Shown here one piece after another: positions 57,388 through 64,000 of a stretch of 64,000 bases of DNA. Position 1 is the stretch's first letter, and every line of letters begins with the position of its first letter. The notes beneath the pieces were generated by a model. That model did no database searches, was not told the DNA's origin, and saw only the letters and a list, made by a program, of their open reading frames with translations. The stretch is taken from the IMG/VR virus record IMGVR_UViG_3300028833_000066. One strand, 5' to 3'. The position numbers and the translations under genes are program-made. Source of the DNA: a virus (taxonomy: Duplodnaviria; Caudoviricetes).

Positions 57388-57924
57388 TTATTCTCCTTTA
57401 TCTTCATAATAATCATCCCAATCAACTTCTTGAAATGTTATATTATTTAAATCTATATTATGTATTAACATTATTTCCATTGGACCATATGGCACTTGAC
57501 CAACGATTGTTAAAGTATTATCAAAGTCACGCCATTCATATTCTTTTGGACAAAATCCTCTATAATGAATTAATTCTTCGTCTCGTGGATATACATATTC
57601 TTTAAATTCATTTCGTGTTAAATTATAAATTGATATACATTGATAATCGCCAGAAGAAATAATAAATTCTTCATTATATTGTTTTACATATAATAATGGA
57701 GGGGTATCTGGACAATTGCGGGCGAAAGTAAAATATTCTTTTCTTTCTGAAAGAATTTGAATTTCAATTTTATCGTAATGCTGAGTCTAATCTTTTGTCC
57801 AATATCTCCATGTTAATTGACGGATATGATATGGCGATGGTTTATTATATTGATCTAATATTGGTTCTATTTTTGTAGCAATTAATATATGAGTGTTGTG
57901 ATTAATTAGAACTGGATGATTCAT
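57388..57924 (-). CDS. Hypothetical protein, 178 aa (1 TAG), absent from the ORF track
   Basis: ATG 57924 to TAA 57388 with a single TAG; fills the gap between the NDT and permease genes. Confidence 0.65.
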
Positions 57925-58552
57925 TCGCCTCACTTCCATATTGTTCTTTTAAGAGAGGAATAATTTCATCAAATGAATTGTGAAGTTCATGATCTGCTGT
58001 TGCATACAAGCACATTCCATATAACATCTGATTAATTGAGAAACTTCGCCGCCAGTCTTTCTCATTAAGATGATTTGTGCGGATGTCGAAGTAATGAGCA
58101 TAGTTCTTTTTATGATAGATTTCTGTAATTTTATCATATAATTTATGTGCTAATACTTCATAATCCATAGGAATTATTTTATTATTTTTATCTACAAATT
58201 CTTCTCTAAAAGCTTTATCCCAAATTTCCATTAATTTGGTTGCCATATACTTCCATCCATACAAAACACCCATTTCGCACATAGTACCAATGGCACTTTG
58301 TTCTGGACAGAGCACGGTATAATCGCTATTCCAAAGTCGCTCAATATCGGCTTCACAAATTTTTTCTGCTAGATGATTATTTTCTTCTTCTGTCATATTA
58401 GATTTGTCATTAATAGACTTGTTCATTACGGGACTATATACAGAACCGGGAATACCCGCTTCTTTAAATTTATCATACTCATACTGGCGCGCTAAATTAG
58501 AACCAAAAGTCATAATGTCGCCGCCTAAGTATCCAAGCGGTTCTTTATTCAT
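57902..58552 (-). CDS. Nucleoside 2'-deoxyribosyltransferase-family protein
   Basis: YLGGD, VYSP..N..IND, ICEADIERLWNSD, GTMCEMG, SINQML. Confidence 0.7.
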   Translation of the reverse strand: MNKEPLGYLGGDIMTFGSNLARQYEYDKFKEAGIPGSVYSPVMNKSINDKSNMTEEENNHLAEKICEADIERLWNSDYTVLCPEQSAIGTMCEMGVLYGWKYMATKLMEIWDKAFREEFVDKNNKIIPMDYEVLAHKLYDKITEIYHKKNYAHYFDIRTNHLNEKDWRRSFSINQMLYGMCLYATADHELHNSFDEIIPLLKEQYGSEANESSSSN

Positions 58553-58867
58553 TTATTTTCCTCCAAATTTATTTTGTTCATAATAATGCCAGGCATCATT
58601 ATTCCATAATTTTTTAACGTTTAAATTTTTACTACAAAAATTTTGAATAATGTCATTAATAATTGTATACATATCAGATGCTCTAGTAATCCAATTCTCT
58701 TTAGTTATTTTACCACCAGCGGCTTCAAAAGCATCTATATAATACTATTCACCCCAAATTAATTTATCAGCCATATAAGTCATTCCTTCGACGATTCCCT
58801 ATTCATATTTTCCGCAGGCTGTTTCTGGATTGTGATATAATCGTTCAAATATATCAAAGTAACTCAT
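58553..58867 (-). CDS. Hypothetical protein (2 TAG), absent from the ORF track
   Basis: MSYFDIFERLY.. to TAA, which abuts the next ATG. Confidence 0.6.
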
Positions 58868-59042
58868 TCTTATTCTCCTTATGTGTCAAATCCCACAGAA
58901 TATCATACATTTCTAGTTTAAATCCTTCTGGCTGTTGCTCAACTGGAAGCATCCACCAAGCTAATCCAGCATCTGGATGACGATTAAAATATTCTTCTAT
59001 CATAGTATCATATATTGGTGAAAAAATCTTATTTTGTTCCAT
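58854..59042 (-). CDS. Hypothetical protein
   Basis: ORF track; SD GAGGT, and a promoter at 59067-59095. Confidence 0.6.
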   Translation of the reverse strand: MEQNKIFSPIYDTMIEEYFNRHPDAGLAWWMLPVEQQPEGFKLEMYDILWDLTHKENKNELL

Positions 59043-59066
59043 ATAAAAATACCTCTTTTTTCTTTT

Positions 59067-59147
59067 ATTATATCATAATTTTATATTTATGTCAAATATT
59101 ATTATAAACAAAAATATGTGGGGTAAGTCATTAGACTTACCCCATGT
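59067..59147 (-). promoter_or_regulatory. Terminator followed by a sigma-A promoter
   Basis: TGGGGTAAGTC-loop-GACTTACCCCA hairpin with T run on the minus strand, then TTGACA-N17-TATAAT. Confidence 0.75.
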
Positions 59148-59149
59148 AA

Positions 59150-60391
59150 TTATCTTGGAGGAATTATTTTATCACAGAGTTGTGGAATTGGTCCACGTTC
59201 TGACTTTAGTAATTTAACAGTGCCAAATAATGGATCACCTACTAAATTATCAAGCATAGCTTTAATGCCATTATTTTTTTCAAATTTAGGGTTATCAATC
59301 TATGCTACATCCCCACAAAATATAATTTCGCCGCCATCTTCTACGCGGCTAAGTAATAATGTAACTAATTTATCATTTAAGTTTTCACATTCATCACAAA
59401 AGATAATACCTTTTATAGAACGTCCTCTGATATGAGAAATAGGGAATATTTCAATAACACCTTCATCAATAAGCTGGTCAAGCATCATTTGACCGCCTAA
59501 ATGATCGGCAATTACTCCTCCCCACAAACTCATTTTTTGCCGCACATCACCTGGCACAAAACCAATATCTTTAGTGTCTGCAACTATAATATTATTACGA
59601 ATAAAAGTAATTTTAGGCTGGCGGCCGCGAGCTACTTGTTCTAGTGCATAATTTAGAGCTAATAATGTTTTTCCACTGCCCCAGGCAGAAGTTAATAATT
59701 TAACCTTGATATCCTAGTCTTGAAGTAAGTGCATAGCCATTTTTTGCTCTAAATTACGAGGTTTAATTACTTCACCAGTATATATATTTTTAATATCTTT
59801 ATAATTTAAAGGTTTATATTCATGTCCATCCCAGAATAATACATCTTTTAATTCATCACCTGTAAATATTTCAGCGAATGAATTAGTGGGACATTTTAAT
59901 GTATTCATTGTTGGGCACTGATATAATTGGGCCATCTGTGAATTATTAGGATAATATTTACCCCAGCCGCAATACTCTATCTATTCAATACGGCTTTCTT
60001 CTTTGTCATCTAAATATATTGCCTATAATTCCTTAATCTATTTAGCAATTAAAAACTAAGCGCCATCAGCAGTTATAAAAAATACATCATTTGAATGATT
60101 TTTTAATGCGGCAGCTTCAGCAATTAGCCAGTGGTCATGAATATCCTATAGTATTGGATATTTTCTAAATTTTTTTCTAGTATGATTATTAGCGGTAATA
60201 AAATGTATATCTCTAGATGTAATAATATCTCGCACAGCCTATCGTGCGAGATATTTTGTTTTATCATCTTTTTGCTATGAAGTTTTTATATTTTCAAGTT
60301 CCATTAATACAATAGGACTAATATATATATTCTGGAATCTTTTATAAGCCCCATTGAGTACTGCAGAAGTATCTAAAAAATTAATATTCAT
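59150..60391 (-). CDS. phoH: PIN-PhoH protein, 413 aa (9 TAG)
   Basis: N-terminal PIN domain (FLDTSAV, MELENIK, DHWLI, FITAD). PhoH motifs SAWGSGKT, IGFVPG, IRGRSI, DECENL, LLSRV, GDVA*ID. TAATG-coupled to clpP. Confidence 0.88.
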
Positions 60392-61020
60392 TAAGCATCA
60401 ACACCATAAATTTTGTCTACAAGATTATATTTCTTCATTTCATCCGCGGATAAAAACCATTGATGTCTAGCTTGAGCGTCATATTCTTCTGCAGTAATAT
60501 TCGTATTATCAATAATGAATTGTCGGATACTTTCATCTACCTTATTGTTAAAAGCCATAATATCATTTGCTGTCTTAGCTTCACTGGCGCTTAAAGCTAC
60601 ATATCCGTCATGAATAAGGGCATATGTGCTAGGAAAACAAAAACGAGTTACATTTTCATTCTTGCCGCTGCCAGCTAAAATTACAGCTGCCATAGAAGCT
60701 GCATATCCAGGAACAATGATATGCAATGGCTTTTTATATTGGCTAATATAGTGAGCAAGAAAGAATCCATCTGATACGCACCCACCCTGTGAATTAAGTA
60801 TGAGTGTTACGGGGCGTGTATCGCTATCATTCTCCCAATCTCTCATAGGTAAATAAATCATTTCTACAATACGCTCATCAATATCAGTATTTAAAATAAG
60901 CGTTCTATTATCATTCATTTGATGATAATACTGATACATTACAGGGTCTAATCCAGGCGTATCGTCTGAGATTAGGAAACCAAAATCTGGGTCCATAATT
61001 ACCCTCCTTCTATCTCTCAA
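60391..61020 (-). CDS. clpP: ClpP-family protease subunit
   Basis: LNSQGG, AASMAAVIL, LIHDG, WFLSADEMKKYNLVD. The true start may be the internal ATG of MDPDF. Confidence 0.8.
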   Translation of the reverse strand: MRDRRRVIMDPDFGFLISDDTPGLDPVMYQYYHQMNDNRTLILNTDIDERIVEMIYLPMRDWENDSDTRPVTLILNSQGGCVSDGFFLAHYISQYKKPLHIIVPGYAASMAAVILAGSGKNENVTRFCFPSTYALIHDGYVALSASEAKTANDIMAFNNKVDESIRQFIIDNTNITAEEYDAQARHQWFLSADEMKKYNLVDKIYGVDA

Positions 61021-61041
61021 TGAGACAGTTACTTATAATAT

Positions 61042-62166
61042 TTATGAGATAATTTTTTCTAGTGTACAATCCTCTGGATTAATATCGTCTTTACGAATAC
61101 GTTTAATATAAGGATGCCGAATTGAAATACCTGTACCATCTTTGGCTGCATTTGCGGTAGAAACCATCATGCCACCAATAGTTAGCGGGCACAGATACCA
61201 TTCTTCAAAATTATCTCTTAGTTCTGTTTTAAGTTCGTCAGTTAAACCAGCTACTTTACAAAGCTGTACTGGTTCACCTTTACGATTAAATACACTTACA
61301 TAAATTGCACCCGGATAATTATAATAATAATTTTTAGTGACTGGTGTGTAAGCACCACCAGTTTGATATTCACCAAAATATTCACCATATACAAGCTTGC
61401 CAGTTCTAGCTTCTTCCCAAAAGGGCCAAGAAGCTAATTCTTTGCCAGTATAAAGCTTTGTTGGATTTTCAACGCCAGTGATAAAGCAGTCAATATCAGA
61501 GGAAATTTCTTGCTTTACTTTACAAGTTGTCCAAGCGCTTGAACGTTTATCGGGAGTATAAAGAATGCCTTTTTTATAGCAGACTGCTCCTTCACCATTA
61601 CGCTCAAAGATTTTTAGAATTTCATCAAAGAAAGTTTCATCCATTTGATGAAATGGAATACCTTTTACTAATGGAGAATTAATACGTTTAACAACCTTTG
61701 GAATAAATTGTACTCTATACTCAATTGGTTTATCAAGAAATTCTTCACCATCAAGTGCTAGAATATCAAAAATACGCCATTCAAGTTTAACATCTTTTTG
61801 ACGAGCACGTGCCTTATCAACTAGGCATCTTGCTATACTGCCTACATCTTTGTCTATGCCGCCAGGCAAATATAATTCTCCTAAAATTACTGTAGTCTTT
61901 TGAAAAGCTTTAAGTACATCATCCCAGAAAAATACTTTATCTTGTAATTCAGAATAAGTACCAGTTACTTTACTGATGCCACGAGTTTGTAGTGCATTTC
62001 TATCTGGAGTAATAACTGCACGGCTAAAATTGCCATCGAACTTTTCACTCCAAATATACTGGCCGCTGGCCGCCATATCTTCTAAATGCTGGCGCCGGGT
62101 TTCTGTTGACATAGCACTAGTTGGACTCCAATATTTCATCACACCTAGAGAGAAAAAATCTGTCAT
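61042..62166 (-). CDS. ATP-dependent DNA ligase
   Basis: SEKFDG, LGELY, IFDIL, GEGAV, CKVK, IRHP...R.D motifs. Confidence 0.88.
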   Translation of the reverse strand: MTDFFSLGVMKYWSPTSAMSTETRRQHLEDMAASGQYIWSEKFDGNFSRAVITPDRNALQTRGISKVTGTYSELQDKVFFWDDVLKAFQKTTVILGELYLPGGIDKDVGSIARCLVDKARARQKDVKLEWRIFDILALDGEEFLDKPIEYRVQFIPKVVKRINSPLVKGIPFHQMDETFFDEILKIFERNGEGAVCYKKGILYTPDKRSSAWTTCKVKQEISSDIDCFITGVENPTKLYTGKELASWPFWEEARTGKLVYGEYFGEYQTGGAYTPVTKNYYYNYPGAIYVSVFNRKGEPVQLCKVAGLTDELKTELRDNFEEWYLCPLTIGGMMVSTANAAKDGTGISIRHPYIKRIRKDDINPEDCTLEKIIS

Positions 62167-62167
62167 A

Positions 62168-62722
62168 TTATTCTCCTATTTTTTCTAAAAACTCAATTGC
62201 AGAAGTCTTCATACCTTCAAAAGCTCCTACATTATCAACATACCAGTCAAGACAATAATCATCTAAATCAACTTCCGATGGATGATTACGTTGTTCTTCA
62301 GTTAAAAGAGGATTTTCCCATATATCGCCTTCATCAGTATAGCGACGAATACCTACGGATACGCATTTATTTTTATTAAACTTCTTAACTCTTTTTAATT
62401 CATTTAAGAAGCGAAGGTCAGGAATAAGCGCATAATCCCAATCATTCTCTGTGGCTTTAATGAACTGTGCCACCAAATCAGCCCAATAATTTTTAAACAC
62501 AGAGCGCACTTCATTTGTACCCATTTGTTGAAGTAGCTGGCGGCCGCTAATATCCTTTTCGCCATTCCATTTATAATATAACTTGGCATATTCTTTAACC
62601 ATATCTGCAAAATGAATTACTAATACTCGTTCATTACGATTTTCTAATTCATCTTTTAAAAATTTAGCAAAAGTATCTTTGCCAGAGCCACTTTTACCGC
62701 TAATTAGAATTATCTTCTTCAT
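62168..62722 (-). CDS. Deoxynucleoside monophosphate kinase-like protein
   Basis: ISGKSGSGKDT, FADMVK, RQLLQQMGT, IPDLRFLNE, HPSE. Confidence 0.8.
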   Translation of the reverse strand: MKKIILISGKSGSGKDTFAKFLKDELENRNERVLVIHFADMVKEYAKLYYKWNGEKDISGRQLLQQMGTNEVRSVFKNYWADLVAQFIKATENDWDYALIPDLRFLNELKRVKKFNKNKCVSVGIRRYTDEGDIWENPLLTEEQRNHPSEVDLDDYCLDWYVDNVGAFEGMKTSAIEFLEKIGE

Positions 62723-62912
62723 TCTTCATTTCCTCCAATTTAAGCTGTACATAAAAATCTACAAACTCCTATACAGCAGGAGTACAATTTGCTCTATATT
62801 CCTCAATGAATTTAATTGTTTTTGGTACATCGTGGAAATTAAAAGCTCTATTCACCGCAAGTTTTGTTATTTCTTTTTCTGATTCTGTTAAATTAGTGAA
62901 TAATTCAGTCAT
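62694..62912 (-). CDS. Hypothetical protein (2 TAG), absent from the ORF track
   Basis: ATGA-coupled start, MTELFTNL..., running to TAA 62694. Confidence 0.55.
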
Positions 62913-63229
62913 TTTTTTTTACCTATTACCTTTTGTAAAATATCAAAAAATGCTTGAACTTCTTCTTTAGTTTCAAGAACAATTTTTTGAACCGGTTTTG
63001 CCGCACATCTATCTTCATTCGCTGGCATATTATAGACATAATATTCATAAATACCATCTGAATTTAAATATTGTTCAGCAAGTAACGTATCATCACGATT
63101 AGCATAAATTTTGAGACTTGCGGTTTCATCGTCATTTTCAATATGCTCTGTGTGCATATTTTGCGGGATAAGCTATTTGACAAAGCCTACATACTCATCC
63201 CGGGTTACACTATATAATTCTTCTCTCAT
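62909..63229 (-). CDS. Hypothetical protein (1 TAG at codon 19)
   Basis: SD GAGG then MREELYSVTRDEYVGFVK*LIP, in frame with the track ORF. Confidence 0.6.
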
Positions 63230-63232
63230 ATC

Positions 63233-63730
63233 TTATCCTCGCCAATTTATTTTTAATTCTTGTGCCTCATTTTGAGCCAGTTCATCACATTTCTCATTCC
63301 AGAATACACCATTATGTCCTTCTACTTTTTTAAAATAGAACCATACATTTTCAAAATATGGAATAATATCAATCCATAAATCTTGATTAGCGACTTCTTT
63401 TTTAGCGGCATTTGTCCATCCATTTCGTCGCCAGTTTTCATACCAACGTTGAGAATAGCAATTAATGGCGTATGCAGAATCGCTATAAATAATTACAGCT
63501 TGACTTTCCTTACGGCATTCTTTTGCATACATGAGGGCCTGGCGGATAGCTTGAAGTTCCATTCGTTGATTGGTCGTATCAAGTTCTCCGCCAGTTTTAT
63601 AATAGACTTGTTGGCTATCTTCTACTGCGATGTAAGCCCATCCACCAAAATTCTTTTTTCCAAGTTTCTTACAAGAACCGTCAGTATAAATTTCTAATGG
63701 AATTACTCGCTCTTTACTTCGTCTATCCAT
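63233..63730 (-). CDS. rnhA: Ribonuclease HI
   Basis: IYTDGSC, TTNQRMEL, YSDSAY, NQDLW, KVEGH..NEKCDELA. Confidence 0.93.
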   Translation of the reverse strand: MDRRSKERVIPLEIYTDGSCKKLGKKNFGGWAYIAVEDSQQVYYKTGGELDTTNQRMELQAIRQALMYAKECRKESQAVIIYSDSAYAINCYSQRWYENWRRNGWTNAAKKEVANQDLWIDIIPYFENVWFYFKKVEGHNGVFWNEKCDELAQNEAQELKINWRG

Positions 63731-63756
63731 AATTTTCTCCTTTTCTTTTATACTTT

Positions 63757-63785
63757 ATTATATCATAAAATAGTAGAAAAGGCAA
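63757..63785 (-). promoter_or_regulatory. Sigma-A-like promoter
   Basis: TTGCCT-N17-TATAAT with extended TG. Confidence 0.6.
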
Positions 63786-63794
63786 ATATTTAGG

Positions 63795-64000
63795 TCACTC
63801 TTTTTCTTCAGTTACTTCTTCAAGCTGCTTTTGTAATTTTACTTCTGGTAGTCCAGCAACACTTGTTAGAATACTGAGAATGCCAGCTAGGGCAGAAGCA
63901 GAAGCAACAATACCCCAATTTACATCAGCTATAATAGCGCTAGAACCAATAGTGGCGATAGCGGTTTGAGCAATAGTTTTAATCGCACGAATACCTGCGG
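63795..64000 (-). CDS. r1t-type holin (5' truncated by the window)
   Basis: [46 protein letters not shown] matches the r1t holin pattern; ends in TGA. Confidence 0.8.
   Translation of the reverse strand, partial: AGIRAIKTIAQTAIATIGSSAIIADVNWGIVASASALAGILSILTSVAGLPEVKLQKQLEEVTEEKE

Noticed and set aside
24961-63697. Plus-strand track ORFs in the replication arm (for example 24961, 29012, 41926, 52976, 55006, 63383)
   Set aside because: They are antisense to well-supported genes, or, for 52976, a translation of the AT tract and iterons.
1-64000. Suppressor tRNA-CUA, theta ribozyme or release factor gene
   Set aside because: Intergenic spaces are short and explained by promoters and terminators, and I recognised no cloverleaf. 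tRNAscan-SE or Infernal would be needed to be certain.

Overview
This is a 64-kb slice of a large, AT-rich tailed phage genome, probably siphovirus-like and infecting an anaerobic Firmicute (inferred from the class III RNR, sigma-A promoters and strong SD sites). It reads TAG as Gln (genetic code 15), so the supplied ORF track fragments many genes. With TAG read as Gln, 1-23865 (+) becomes five intact tail genes: tail tube, tube paralog, ~4,950-aa tape measure, Dit-like, and a ~1,850-aa Tal/spike. 23904-64000 (-) is a replication and metabolism arm: RuvC, dUTPase, NrdDG plus a glutaredoxin-like protein, DnaE, RecJ, primase, helicase, AAA recombinase, SSB, GyrA/B, ligase, RNase H, PIN-PhoH, ClpP, two nucleobase permeases, a nucleoside deoxyribosyltransferase and a holin. 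Every gene end I checked is TAA or TGA. TAG use is very uneven: none in the core replication enzymes, dense in most tail genes and several nucleases, and split within functional pairs (putative REase 0 vs MTase 2; NrdD 0 vs NrdG 1). Other notable signals are an iteron-type origin candidate, about 14 near-consensus promoters that bound gene cassettes, a candidate RBS-occluding leader RNA, and at least 12 GCGGCCGC palindromes. I saw no tRNA, suppressor tRNA or release factor in this window. All product calls come from motif recognition by eye, not database searches.
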